45,045 nt of DNA from Deltaproteobacteria bacterium. GTDB taxonomy: Bacteria; Desulfobacterota; Desulfuromonadia; Desulfuromonadales; JAAYDE01. Positions 14,955-24,463 of the stretch are shown here, piece after piece (the stretch's first letter is position 1; the number at the start of each line of letters is the position of its first letter). The position numbers were made by a program, and so were the translations under genes. Location: positions 1-45,045 of the forward strand of contig JAFZPK010000193.1 in assembly GCA_017552515.1 (NCBI GenBank), read 5' to 3'. The notes beneath the pieces are model-generated. The model was not told the origin of the DNA and made no database searches. It saw nothing but the letters and a program-made list of their open reading frames with translations.

Positions 14955-16277
14955 ATGGATCTTTTCGAACAGAGCGCTGAACAGAATGCCAACGCTCCAC
15001 TTGCGGAACGGATGCGCCCCGCCACGCTGGATGCCATGGTCGGGCAGCGCAAGCTCATTGGCCCCGAAGGCATTATCCGCCGCCAGATTCGTTCCGGACA
15101 GATTTCCTCGCTGATTCTCTACGGCCCGCCCGGCACCGGCAAAACCACTCTGGGACGGCTGGTGGCGGCTGCCACCAACAGTCATTTTGTGCCGATGTCC
15201 GCGGTTTTCCAGGGCGTAAAGGAGATTCGCGAAGCCCTGCAGCAGGCGCGCGAGGAACGCAAATTCCATGGCAAACGCACCATTCTGTTTCTGGACGAAA
15301 TTCACCGGCTGGCCAAAAACCAGCAGGACGCGCTGCTTTACAGCGTCGAAAACGGCGATGTCATTCTGGTAGGCGCCACGACCGAAAATCCCTCCTTCGA
15401 GATCAACAACGCGCTGCTGTCACGCTCCAGAGTGCTGGTGCTGGAACCCCTCGACGAAGGGGATATCCGCATCCTGCTTGAACGCGCCATGAACGACCCG
15501 CGAGGCCTGGGCGGACAAAACTTGAGTCTTGCGCCCGAAGCCGCCGAGCAGCTCGCGCAGTGGGCCGGCGGCGATGCCCGGGTGGCGCTCAACACGCTGG
15601 AGCTCGCCGCCCGGTTACGCGGCGGCGGGGAAATCGGCGTGGAGGACATTCAAAACGCCCTGCAGGAAAAGCCTCTCCTCTATGACAAAGGCGGCGAAGA
15701 ACACTACAACGTCATCTCCGCGTTTATCAAAAGCATGCGCGGTTCGTCGCCCGATGGCGCCCTCTACTGGCTGGCACGTCTTCTGGAAGCCGGGGAGGAT
15801 CCGCTTTTCATTGCCCGCCGCATGGTGATTCTGGCCTCCGAAGACATCGGCAACGCCGATCCCCGCGCCCTGCAGGTGGCGATAGCAACCATGCAGGCGG
15901 TACAATTCGTCGGCCTGCCGGAAGGACGCATCAACCTCGCACAGGCGGCTACCTATCTGGCAACAGCCCCCAAGAGCAACGCCTCTTACATGGGACTGGA
16001 AAAGGCCCTGAAGGACGTGCGGCGCTCCGGCGCGCTGCCGGTGCCGCTGCATCTGCGCAATGCGCCGACCAAAATGATGAAAAAAGAATGGGGCTATGGC
16101 GAGGGCTACAAATACGCGCACGATTTTGAAGGCGGGTTTGTGGCACAGGAGTATCTGCCGGAAGCACTGCGCTCCACCAGCTACTATCAACCGGTGGAGC
16201 GCGGTTACGAAAAAACCATCCGGGAACGCCTGGCGTTCTGGAAACAGCTTGCCGAAATCACTCAAAACGACAAGTAG
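14955..16277 (+). CDS. rarA: Replication-associated recombination protein A (AAA+ ATPase RarA/MgsA)
   Basis: MDLFEQ...PLAERMRPATLDAMVGQ, Walker A GPPGTGKTT, Walker B ILFLDEIHR, and a C-terminal MgsA domain (HYNVISAFIKSMRGSSPDGALYWLARLLEAGEDP). An alternative GTG start lies at 14943. Confidence 0.9.
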   Translation: MDLFEQSAEQNANAPLAERMRPATLDAMVGQRKLIGPEGIIRRQIRSGQISSLILYGPPGTGKTTLGRLVAAATNSHFVPMSAVFQGVKEIREALQQAREERKFHGKRTILFLDEIHRLAKNQQDALLYSVENGDVILVGATTENPSFEINNALLSRSRVLVLEPLDEGDIRILLERAMNDPRGLGGQNLSLAPEAAEQLAQWAGGDARVALNTLELAARLRGGGEIGVEDIQNALQEKPLLYDKGGEEHYNVISAFIKSMRGSSPDGALYWLARLLEAGEDPLFIARRMVILASEDIGNADPRALQVAIATMQAVQFVGLPEGRINLAQAATYLATAPKSNASYMGLEKALKDVRRSGALPVPLHLRNAPTKMMKKEWGYGEGYKYAHDFEGGFVAQEYLPEALRSTSYYQPVERGYEKTIRERLAFWKQLAEITQNDK

Positions 16278-16291
16278 CCCTTATTCCGTTC

Positions 16292-17629
16292 CTACCGGGG
16301 CAGTAGCGTCCAGAAATGGCACTTCTGTTTGGTGCGGCCAGCCAGCTGCCCGGCTTCCTCGCCTACGCCCCAGAAGAAATCGCCCCGCACGCCGCCGGTA
16401 ATTGCAACACCCACATCCTGAGCCAGCATCATCCGTTTGAGCGGCGTGGCACTGTTTGGCCAGGTGGTCGAAACAAACACCGGGGCACCCAACGGTATAA
16501 CACTCTTGTCCACGGCCAGGCTGCGGCGAGGAGTCAGCGGAATGCCAAGCGCGCCCGGAGGAGTTTGAAACTGTTTCGGCAGTTCCCGGAAGAAGATGAA
16601 ACAGGGATTTTCATTGAGGATGGCCAGGCGTTTTGCCGGATCGGCCATAACCCAGGTACGGATATTCTGCATGGACATCTGATCGCGCGACATCGCGCCC
16701 GCCTTGAGCAAGGCCGTGCTGATGGAACGGAAGGGATGCCCGTTGCGTTCGGCATAGCCCACCATCACCCGTTCGCCATTATCCATCGCAATACGCCCGC
16801 TGCCCTGGATCTGCAGGTAAAACAGCTCTACCGGATTGTCCACCCAGAACAGTTCCTGTCCATGAAGAGGTTTCCTCGCTCCCTCGATTTGGGCGCGGCT
16901 CCAGTAGGGCACCACCTTTTTCCCTTCAAGCCGGCCGCGCATGTTCTTGGGAAGATTCGGATAGACTTCCGCCAAATCGAGCACCAGCAAATCATCGGGG
17001 GCCCTGTAAAGCGGATAACGGTGGTGTGCAGTCTGGGAACGGCTGCCGCGCAGCTCCGGCGTGTAGTAGCCGGTCAGCACCCCTTCTGTCGACCCATCCT
17101 TGTTCCGCACCTGATAGGGCGTGAAATACTTTTCAAAAAAGGAACGCGCATCAGCACTGTTGCCGACGAAAGTGCGTTCCGCGGCGGTACAGACGTTGCT
17201 CCAGCGCGCCTGTTTGCCCAAGGTTCCGCAGCTGTTGCGGAAAACCTGAAAAGCTTCGGAAAAATCGTCTGTGTACCAGCCATCAATTTCCGCCCAGCTT
17301 GCCATGCGCAGATAGGTGTTCTCTTCCGATTTGACCGGCCGGGGAGAAGGCGGCGGCAAAGAAGAAGACGGGTACGAGGGCGTGGAAATGACCGGAACCT
17401 GCGGCGGCAGGGGAGCGGAAGGCACCTGGACTGTCGGGCTGGAGGGAACCGGCGATGTCGGTGTGGTGGAAGGCGTTGTGGGCGATGTCGGCGTTGTTGG
17501 AGTTGTGGGCGTCGTAATGGCCCAGGGAGGAGGAGATGGGCTTACCGGTCCTGATGGCCGATGCGTTCTTGTACAGGAGGCCAACAGAACGATCAGCATG
17601 ACTTCGGCAATCCAAAAAACACTACGCAT
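16292..17629 (-). CDS. mltA: Membrane-bound lytic murein transglycosylase A (lipoprotein) with a long Pro/Thr/Ser linker
   Basis: ATG at 17629 gives MRSVFWIAEVMLIVLLASC (lipobox). MltA-type motifs follow (GYYTPELRGS, YPLYRAPDDL, VPYWSRAQIE) and a C-terminal 3D domain (SLAVDKSVIPLGAPVFV...AQDVGVAITG). Confidence 0.85.
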   Translation of the reverse strand: MRSVFWIAEVMLIVLLASCTRTHRPSGPVSPSPPPWAITTPTTPTTPTSPTTPSTTPTSPVPSSPTVQVPSAPLPPQVPVISTPSYPSSSLPPPSPRPVKSEENTYLRMASWAEIDGWYTDDFSEAFQVFRNSCGTLGKQARWSNVCTAAERTFVGNSADARSFFEKYFTPYQVRNKDGSTEGVLTGYYTPELRGSRSQTAHHRYPLYRAPDDLLVLDLAEVYPNLPKNMRGRLEGKKVVPYWSRAQIEGARKPLHGQELFWVDNPVELFYLQIQGSGRIAMDNGERVMVGYAERNGHPFRSISTALLKAGAMSRDQMSMQNIRTWVMADPAKRLAILNENPCFIFFRELPKQFQTPPGALGIPLTPRRSLAVDKSVIPLGAPVFVSTTWPNSATPLKRMMLAQDVGVAITGGVRGDFFWGVGEEAGQLAGRTKQKCHFWTLLPR

Positions 17630-17770
17630 GCGCACTTTTCTTTCCTTTCTTGCAAAAATTTTTCCAGTCCTTCCCCCTGGAAAGAAAAGGAATGCACGTT
17701 GATGGCCCTCCCCGGGAGAATGGAGTGGTAAATTGTACAATCGTATAAGTGAAAAAAAGGCAGGAAACAA

Positions 17771-19936
17771 TCAAAACATGTCTATCGGATCCACATCCAC
17801 CACCAGGTGAATGGCCGAAGGCAAACGCAGCCGTTCCAGGGCAGCCAGCGCCTGATGCAGGGGAGCGCGGCGCGGCGCCTTAAGCAAAATCTGAAAACGG
17901 CTTTTGCCGCGCAGATGACTCAGCAGGCAGGGCACCGGGCCCAGCACCTCCACTTCGGACGGCGCCGTTTCGGCAAGAGCACGCGCCAGCCGGGCCGCCG
18001 CATCGGCCGTCTGCTCCTCGCGGCTTCCCGACACAACCAAATTCACCAGATACCCGAAAGGCGGATAGCTCATCTCCTGACGAAAACGGCATTCCTCGGC
18101 GAAAAATGCCCCATAATCGTGGGACAGTACACAGTTGAAGACGTAGTGCCCCGGATTGCAGGTCTGAATCAAGGCCCGCCCCGGCAGCATGCCACGCCCG
18201 GCCCTGCCGGTTACCTGGGTCAGCAGGGCAAAAGCCCGCTCCGTACTGCGAAAATCGGGCAAAAACAGCGTGGCATCGGCATCCAGGACGCCGACCAGTG
18301 TCACCCGGGCAAAATCGTGGCCCTTGGCAATCATCTGTGTGCCCAGAAGGATATCCACCTCGCCCGTGCGCATTTGCGCCACAAGCCGTTCATGCGCGCC
18401 GCGGCGCGCCATGGTGTCGCTGTCCATGCGCGCAATCCGGGCCAGAGGAAAGCGGGCGGCCAGTTCATCCTCCAGACGCTCCGTCCCCGCGCCGCAGGGA
18501 ACCAGCTGTGTGCCCTGGCATTGTGGGCAGACATCGGGCACCGGCACCACCGTATCGCAGTAGTGGCAACGCAGAAGGTTGCGGCGGCGATAGTAGGTGT
18601 AGGAGATTTCGCATTGGGGGCAGCGTGGCACCGCGCCGCAATCCCGGCAGAGCAAAAAGGGCGCGAAACCCCGCCGATTCAGCAGCAAAAGCGACTGTTC
18701 TCCACGCTCCAGGTTCTCTTCCAGCGCAGCGGCCAGCTCATCGCTTAAAGCGCCCCGCTTCTTTCCGCCGCTGCGATCCACCAACTTCACCTCCGGCAGA
18801 GGCCGTCCGCCTACCCGGCGTTCCAGCGTCAAAAGGCCTGTTTTCCCCTGCCGGGCGCGCAAAAAGGTGCCCAAAGAGGGAGTCGCGCTGCCCAAAAGCG
18901 CCACCGCGCCATCGTTGCGGGCCCGCCACAGAGCCAGATCACGGGCATTGTACCGCAGGCCCTGCCCCTGCTTGTAGCTGGAGTCGTGTTCCTCGTCCAC
19001 CACCACCAGCGCCAGCCGTTCAAACGGCGCAAAGACCGCCGAACGAGTGCCAATGACCACATCCGCCGCACCGCTTTGCACCGCCTGCCACGCCGCCTGT
19101 CTGGCTCTCTCCGCGAGGCCGGAGTGCAGTACCACCAGCCCCTCACCCAGCCGTTCCCGAAACCTCGTCACCAACTGCGGCGTAAGCGCGATTTCCGGCG
19201 TCATCACCAACGCCGTTCCGCCCCGCCGCCGGGCTTCCCGCACCGCCTCCAGGTACACTTCGGTTTTGCCGCTGCCAGTGACGCCATACAGCAAAAACGG
19301 CGCAAAGGTTTCTGAGGCAAGCGCTGTACGCACCTGTGAAAGCGCGGTTTCCTGCTCAGAGGTCAGGCGTAACGGTTCGACCTCCGGCAAGGAAGGTGAA
19401 GGCGCGGCGGTATTCGGTGAAAGCCCCTGCTTCGTCACCAGTCCCTCCGCCACAAGCCGCGCAAGCGAGGCGCTCCCCGAAGGGAAATGGGCGCGCAGCT
19501 GGGAGCCGGTTGCGGGGCCATTGCCACGCAGCCATTCAAGGATACGCCGCTTGCAGATGCCGCGAGGCAGGACATCACTTTCGGAAGCCGTATACACCAA
19601 CTCCGGCGCGGTCACACGCCGCGCGCCGGAAAGAATTGCCGCAGGCAGGGCGGTGGCCAGTACTTCTCCCACAGGCGCGTGATAGTAGCGGGCCGTCCAC
19701 TCGAAAAAAGCAACCATTGCGGACGGAAAAAGCGGATCTTTTGAACAATGCTCCACCGCGCGCAGATCGTCGCGATAGACGCCATCCGCATTCAGAAGGC
19801 AGCCCGGTACCTGGCGCGGTCCCAGCGGCACCTTCAGCAGCAGGCCGGGCCGTGGCGGACATTCATCTCCAAAGGGCCAAAGGTAGGAATAGGCCTGAAA
19901 TGGCGGAACAAGCAGAGCAACGGTGACAACAAACAT
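17771..19936 (-). CDS. priA: Primosomal protein N' (replication restart helicase PriA)
   Basis: The 721-aa protein has Walker A GVTGSGKTEVY, a DEEH box (VVVDEEHDSSYKQ) and Cys4-type zinc-binding motifs (CRDCGAVPRCPQC...CHYCDTVVPVPDVCPQC). Confidence 0.95.
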   Translation of the reverse strand: MFVVTVALLVPPFQAYSYLWPFGDECPPRPGLLLKVPLGPRQVPGCLLNADGVYRDDLRAVEHCSKDPLFPSAMVAFFEWTARYYHAPVGEVLATALPAAILSGARRVTAPELVYTASESDVLPRGICKRRILEWLRGNGPATGSQLRAHFPSGSASLARLVAEGLVTKQGLSPNTAAPSPSLPEVEPLRLTSEQETALSQVRTALASETFAPFLLYGVTGSGKTEVYLEAVREARRRGGTALVMTPEIALTPQLVTRFRERLGEGLVVLHSGLAERARQAAWQAVQSGAADVVIGTRSAVFAPFERLALVVVDEEHDSSYKQGQGLRYNARDLALWRARNDGAVALLGSATPSLGTFLRARQGKTGLLTLERRVGGRPLPEVKLVDRSGGKKRGALSDELAAALEENLERGEQSLLLLNRRGFAPFLLCRDCGAVPRCPQCEISYTYYRRRNLLRCHYCDTVVPVPDVCPQCQGTQLVPCGAGTERLEDELAARFPLARIARMDSDTMARRGAHERLVAQMRTGEVDILLGTQMIAKGHDFARVTLVGVLDADATLFLPDFRSTERAFALLTQVTGRAGRGMLPGRALIQTCNPGHYVFNCVLSHDYGAFFAEECRFRQEMSYPPFGYLVNLVVSGSREEQTADAAARLARALAETAPSEVEVLGPVPCLLSHLRGKSRFQILLKAPRRAPLHQALAALERLRLPSAIHLVVDVDPIDMF

Positions 19937-20046
19937 CGCAAGCAGCCGGGCAAATGGAGGGTTTCCCTCTCCCCAAAGACGAGATACCTAAAAAGGCCTT
20001 ACAAAAAAGCATAACCGGAAACAGGCGCCTTGTTCAAACAGCAATA

Positions 20047-21468
20047 TTATGCCTCAAGGGGCTTACGGAATTTCTGCCGTCCTTTCATGCCAAATTCAAG
20101 CCATTTTTTCTGTCTGAACGCCAAAACGCTCCAAACAGCCCCTGCCACCTGAGCGGCAAATCCCGCGGCATATATGCCCAGAGCTCCCCAGCCAAGCGCA
20201 ATGCCCCCTGCCCATGTCAAAGGTATGGTGACAATCCAGCAGGTAACAGCCCCTATGCGGCAGGACAGAGCCGTCGCGCCGGCCCCGGCGAAAAGGCCAT
20301 GCAAAATGCCCATCATCCCGGCAAACGGACCTCCGAGGCAGGCAAACAGCAGATAATCCGAAGCCTGGGCTATGACTTCGGGTTCTCCTGAGAACAGCGA
20401 CGCTGCCGGCTCACGCAGCAGCCACAGCAACGCAGAAGGGATAACCAGCGCAAGCCCGGTGATGGCAGCCGTCCTCTTTCCGAAGGCAAAAAGTGCGGCG
20501 TTTTTCCCCGCTCCAAGCAAATGCCCGCCGAGTATGGTCATGGACATATTAAAAGCCCCCAGCGGAAACATGAGGAAAGAATGGACTCGCGCCCCCAAGC
20601 TCATGCCGGCAAGCACAGCGGTACTCCCTGCGGGAAGCGCGTTGACAGCGGCAAGCGTCACGAGGCCTCCCGCCTGCATGATGATCTGTCCTGCGGCCGC
20701 GGGAACGCCAACGCGAAATATGTACGGCATGGCCCGGCGGCACCACTTCCACGGGGCGAAGGAAAATCGGGAAAGCAGTGAAAACCGGACAGCCAAGGCC
20801 ACATTGGCCGCAAGTCCCAAAACTGCCGTGGCAAAACTTGTCCAGGCTATGCCAGCCACACCAAAGGCGGGCATCCCCAAAAATCCGAGTCCAAAGCCCA
20901 CGTCGCCAATGCCATTGGCCAATGCCATGCCAAACAAGGTCAATACGGGAAGCAGGACTTTTTTATGCGCCCTGAAAATGGAGTTGATCATGATGAGCAC
21001 ATAGTAAAACGGAAGCTGGCAGCAATAGGCCGCATAGAAAACCGAAAGCATGGGGCGGAGTTCTTCCCGTATGCCCATGATCGAAAGCAGCGCCGGTTCG
21101 GCACAAAGTGCCGCCGCGGCAACGCATAATCCGCCGCCCGCGGAAAGCAGGACGATCAATCCGGCATAACGATGCGCCCTCCGCTCCAGCCCCGCCCCAA
21201 GGCTTTGACTCACCGTAGCCATGCAGCCGCTGCCGATGAGGGAAGTCAGAAGCATAAGCAAGGTGAATATCTGCGTAACTACGCCGATGGAAGCCTGTGC
21301 CTCCGCTCCCAGCATGCCTGCCGCCCAGATATCGGTCATGGATATGGCAAGATGGCAAAGCATAAGCCCCATCTGAGGAAGCGTCAGCGCAAGCACTTCT
21401 CCCAGGGCCGGCATGGACGGATCACGCGTAGGCATAAGCTTCTTCTGGGAAATATCGTGCCAATTCAT
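20047..21468 (-). CDS. MATE-family efflux transporter
   Basis: The 473-aa polytopic membrane protein (about 12 TM) has an N-terminus LALTLPQMGLMLCHLAISMTDIWAAGMLG typical of MATE/NorM proteins. ATG at 21468 lies 30 nt downstream of the tonB stop. Confidence 0.8.
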   Translation of the reverse strand: MNWHDISQKKLMPTRDPSMPALGEVLALTLPQMGLMLCHLAISMTDIWAAGMLGAEAQASIGVVTQIFTLLMLLTSLIGSGCMATVSQSLGAGLERRAHRYAGLIVLLSAGGGLCVAAAALCAEPALLSIMGIREELRPMLSVFYAAYCCQLPFYYVLIMINSIFRAHKKVLLPVLTLFGMALANGIGDVGFGLGFLGMPAFGVAGIAWTSFATAVLGLAANVALAVRFSLLSRFSFAPWKWCRRAMPYIFRVGVPAAAGQIIMQAGGLVTLAAVNALPAGSTAVLAGMSLGARVHSFLMFPLGAFNMSMTILGGHLLGAGKNAALFAFGKRTAAITGLALVIPSALLWLLREPAASLFSGEPEVIAQASDYLLFACLGGPFAGMMGILHGLFAGAGATALSCRIGAVTCWIVTIPLTWAGGIALGWGALGIYAAGFAAQVAGAVWSVLAFRQKKWLEFGMKGRQKFRKPLEA

Positions 21469-21498
21469 AAATGTTGCCAGGAAGAAAGGAAAAGGAAT

Positions 21499-22350
21499 TT
21501 AATCGTCGGTCAGGCGGTAATGTACAGGGACGACAATGGTCATGGGATTTCTTGCCCCGATATTAAGCCCCGCCAATTTCTTGCCAAGCTGTTCGCCAGC
21601 CGCATCAAGGACGGATTTTCCCGAGAAAGAGGTCACGCGGCACGAGGCAACTTTTCCATCGGCGCCGATTTTTACGGTTAGTACCAGCCGCCCCTCCGCT
21701 CCAGCCAGGCGCCCTGCTCTGGGATATTTTTTATACCGTTCCACAGCCTGAAGGATCCTGGCGAGGACTTTGCTCTTCTCCGCATCAGCCTGCATATTTC
21801 CCACAGCTGCAGGAACAGTCTGTCCCGATGGCTTTTGCACCACCGCTTTCCCGGTTGCTGCGGGCTCCGCATCGCCTGCTGCAGAAACCGCCTGGCTCGC
21901 CGGCTTTTGCACCGGAATGCTTTTGACCGCCTCCGCGCCGGAGACGGCATCCGCGACTGCCTGTCTGGACTTCACCGCCACTGTTTTTTTAGGTTGCGGC
22001 ACAGATTTCACGGGTTTAGGAGGAGATAAAGCCTTTTTTTTCTTTTCCACGGGAGGTGGGGCAAGAGCCGGCTTTTTTTCCACGGCAGGCGCAGGTTCTT
22101 CCCGTTTGTTCTCCTGAACCGGCACATGTGGAAGTTCGTATGTTTCCATCACCATGACTTCCTGGCGCACTGCAGGAACAGCAGAAATGGACTTGGGATG
22201 GTACTGGGAAAGCATGCCGCAGAACAGTACCGCCATGCCAAACATGCCGAAAACGGCCCAGTTGCGGCTCTTTCGCCTGGCGCGTTCCCCATACATGCAC
22301 CAGACGGGATGGAGAGCGTCAGTTTGCGCCAGACTGGGTACTGATGACAA
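21499..22350 (-). CDS. tonB: Energy transducer TonB
   Basis: A TTG start at 22350 is preceded by AAAGGAGGG. It has an N-terminal TM segment, a Pro/Lys/Glu-rich spacer (EEPAPAVEKKPALAPPPVEKKKKALSPPKPVKSVPQPKK) and a C-terminal TonB domain (YPRAGRLAGAEGRLVLTVKIGADGKV). Confidence 0.85.
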   Translation of the reverse strand: MSSVPSLAQTDALHPVWCMYGERARRKSRNWAVFGMFGMAVLFCGMLSQYHPKSISAVPAVRQEVMVMETYELPHVPVQENKREEPAPAVEKKPALAPPPVEKKKKALSPPKPVKSVPQPKKTVAVKSRQAVADAVSGAEAVKSIPVQKPASQAVSAAGDAEPAATGKAVVQKPSGQTVPAAVGNMQADAEKSKVLARILQAVERYKKYPRAGRLAGAEGRLVLTVKIGADGKVASCRVTSFSGKSVLDAAGEQLGKKLAGLNIGARNPMTIVVPVHYRLTDD

Positions 22351-22702
22351 AGCGCCCTCCTTTCTTTACCTTGGCAACATCAACAACATCTACAAAGGCT
22401 TCAAAAGGGGTCTTTTGATCGACATACAGATTGAGGATCGCTTCCGGACGCGCTTCCATCACAGAGGCCAGATCGCCTTTCTGCAGTTGCCGCCCTTCAT
22501 AGAAAAGCGAACCGTCGGCTTTTATGGTGATGATCTGCTCCTGGCGCTCGTGCGATGTTTCCGCATTGTCCGCCGCAGGCAGCAGTATATCCAGCACAGG
22601 CCGGCTGAATGTCGTCGTCATAATGAAAAAGATCAGCAACATAAAGATGACATCTATCAACGGCGTCAAGTCGATGCCCGGCTCATCGTCCAAATCAAAC
22701 AT
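22319..22702 (-). CDS. exbD: Biopolymer transport protein ExbD/TolR
   Basis: ATG at 22702 overlaps the exbB 3' end. MFDLDDEPGIDLTPLIDVIFMLLIFFIMTTTF is the family N-terminus. Confidence 0.9.
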   Translation of the reverse strand: MFDLDDEPGIDLTPLIDVIFMLLIFFIMTTTFSRPVLDILLPAADNAETSHERQEQIITIKADGSLFYEGRQLQKGDLASVMEARPEAILNLYVDQKTPFEAFVDVVDVAKVKKGGRFVISTQSGAN

Positions 22703-23327
22703 TGTTGTCTCCGCCGTACAAGCGCCCGCTTTTCCGCTGACGGTAAAACTCAAGCGCCCTGTAGCTGTATTCCACGACCTCGATATGGAATCCCTTGAAA
22801 CGCAGCATAAGAAAATAGTAGACCATCAACGCGGGAATGGCGACGCACAGCCCCATGATCGTGGTTATCAGCGCCTCTCCTATTCCCGTTGCCAGCATGG
22901 CCGCATCCGGAGCACCGCCGTTCCGCCCTATGGCTGCAAACACGGCCACCATGCCAAATATGGTTCCCAGCAGGCCCAGCATGGGCGACATGACGGAAAT
23001 CAGCCTGAGATAGCAGAGTTCCCGTGTGACCTTTTCAAAATTACGATGGAAAAGGTAGGCGACTTCCGCACGTATGTCTTCGGAATGCTCCGCATGCGTC
23101 TGCACGATGTCGCGGATAATGCAGATGAGCGGATTATCCCCATCATAGGCCATGCATTTCCCCGAGTTGTCCGTCCTCTTCATCTCCGGAATTTTCCGGT
23201 GAAATTCCCGCCAGACCACAACAAGAAAGATATAGGTCTTGAGCGCCAGGAAAACCCCGATGAGGGCCACGGCCGCCAAAGCGCAGCCAGCCGGCCCGAT
23301 CATTTTGTACACTGCCATAAAATCCAT
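22695..23327 (-). CDS. exbB: MotA/TolQ/ExbB proton-channel protein
   Basis: ATG at 23327 is preferred over the ORF-track TTG at 23357. It has three TM segments and the conserved SPMLGLLGTIFGMV...AMLATGIGEALITT. Confidence 0.9.
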   Translation of the reverse strand: MDFMAVYKMIGPAGCALAAVALIGVFLALKTYIFLVVVWREFHRKIPEMKRTDNSGKCMAYDGDNPLICIIRDIVQTHAEHSEDIRAEVAYLFHRNFEKVTRELCYLRLISVMSPMLGLLGTIFGMVAVFAAIGRNGGAPDAAMLATGIGEALITTIMGLCVAIPALMVYYFLMLRFKGFHIEVVEYSYRALEFYRQRKSGRLYGGDNNV

Positions 23328-23369
23328 GTTGCACCTGCCTTGCCCCGCATCTTGCAAAGGGCGTCCGGT

Positions 23370-23897
23370 TTAGGTTGAGGCCTGAAGGTTCAGAGATCCT
23401 ATCGTCCGGGCAATAAATTCCCTTGCCGAAGCAAGGTCGTTTTCGTCCGGGTGCTTTGCGGCTTCTTCGATACGCGCTCTGCGCTCCGGTGTCATGGGAT
23501 GGACGTTTGGCGCCATTTTCTGCATGGCTTCAATGACGTGAGGGTCTATGCGCCCCTGGCATATCCAGGAGCCGCATACGGCATTCCCCCTCTCCGGAGA
23601 TTCCACAAGCTCTGCCGCACGCCGCATGCACTCCTTCGCGTGCTCGGAATCCGGCCAGGCTCCCAACGTGCCGAAAAGGGCCATGCGGCACCCCTTTGCT
23701 TTTTCCAGCCAGGCACGGCTTTGGGCATCGGGCATGCCTTTGTCAACCCAGTAGCCTGCTGCCACAAGATCAAAACCGTCCGGGGAAGGCTCCACTTCCA
23801 CGGGCAGCAGAACGCTGCCAGGAACAGCCCCGGCAATGGCTTCGGCAACTTTCCTGGTGTTGCCAGTCATGGAAGAATAAACGACAAGAAGTTTCAT
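23370..23897 (-). CDS. Flavodoxin-family protein (candidate electron donor / anaerobilin-handling partner of ChuW)
   Basis: MKLLVVYSSMTGNTRKVAEAIAG is the flavodoxin FMN-phosphate loop (T/S-x-T-G-x-T). The ATG overlaps the hutX stop (ATGA). Confidence 0.85.
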   Translation of the reverse strand: MKLLVVYSSMTGNTRKVAEAIAGAVPGSVLLPVEVEPSPDGFDLVAAGYWVDKGMPDAQSRAWLEKAKGCRMALFGTLGAWPDSEHAKECMRRAAELVESPERGNAVCGSWICQGRIDPHVIEAMQKMAPNVHPMTPERRARIEEAAKHPDENDLASAREFIARTIGSLNLQAST

Positions 23898-24445
23898 GCT
23901 GTTCTCCTCATACTTAGAGTTTTGTTAATGGCCGCAGCCTTCATGGACAAAAACTGTTCGCGCACAGACGGGATGATTTCGTGATTCCTGCGTCCAAGAT
24001 AAACGGAAAACATAACGCTGCCGTCTGCGCCAAAGAACTGAAGGGAATGACTTTCCTTTCCCATGAACGACATGGAAAGGAAGGCTATATGGGCAATGGC
24101 ATCCGCCTTGATATGCCCGCCCAGCCCTTCGTCTCCGAAAATGTTGTAGTAACCATACCCATTTTTGCCGGCGTTGATCTTGCCATGGACCTCAATGACA
24201 TGTCCGCCGTGCTGCACAATGAACGTGGCTTTCTCCCATTCGCCGATCTTGCCCCAAATCTCTTCAAAATCTCCGCCGTCTATCACTGTGCACATGTCCC
24301 TGGGCAGTTCCTGGGCAACTTCCATTTCGGTGATACCGCATTCCTGCGCCAGAGAAGAAAGCATCCATGGACGCGGTTGCTTCAGCAGCTCCATTACAAA
24401 CGCCTTTTTTTCTGCGACGACACCTTGAATTCCTTCATGCTGCAT
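23894..24445 (-). CDS. hutX: Cytoplasmic haem-binding/carrier protein, ChuX/HutX family
   Basis: The 183-aa protein has a GGGAGA RBS. The region ...WMLSSLAQECGITEMEVAQELP...FEEIWGKIGEWEKATFIVQHGGHVIEV...GYYNI... resembles ChuX/HutX haem utilisation proteins. Its context next to ChuW and a TonB-dependent receptor supports the call. Confidence 0.75.
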   Translation of the reverse strand: MQHEGIQGVVAEKKAFVMELLKQPRPWMLSSLAQECGITEMEVAQELPRDMCTVIDGGDFEEIWGKIGEWEKATFIVQHGGHVIEVHGKINAGKNGYGYYNIFGDEGLGGHIKADAIAHIAFLSMSFMGKESHSLQFFGADGSVMFSVYLGRRNHEIIPSVREQFLSMKAAAINKTLSMRRTA

Positions 24446-24463
24446 AATGATCTCCCGATGTTT

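Noticed and set aside
16316-17554. 412-aa plus-strand ORF opposite mltA.
   Set aside because: It is Arg/Gly/Ala-rich antisense sequence, and the minus strand carries clear MltA motifs.
17807-19926. Multiple plus-strand ORFs (up to 313 aa) opposite priA.
   Set aside because: They are shadow frames of a GC-rich gene with unmistakable PriA motifs.
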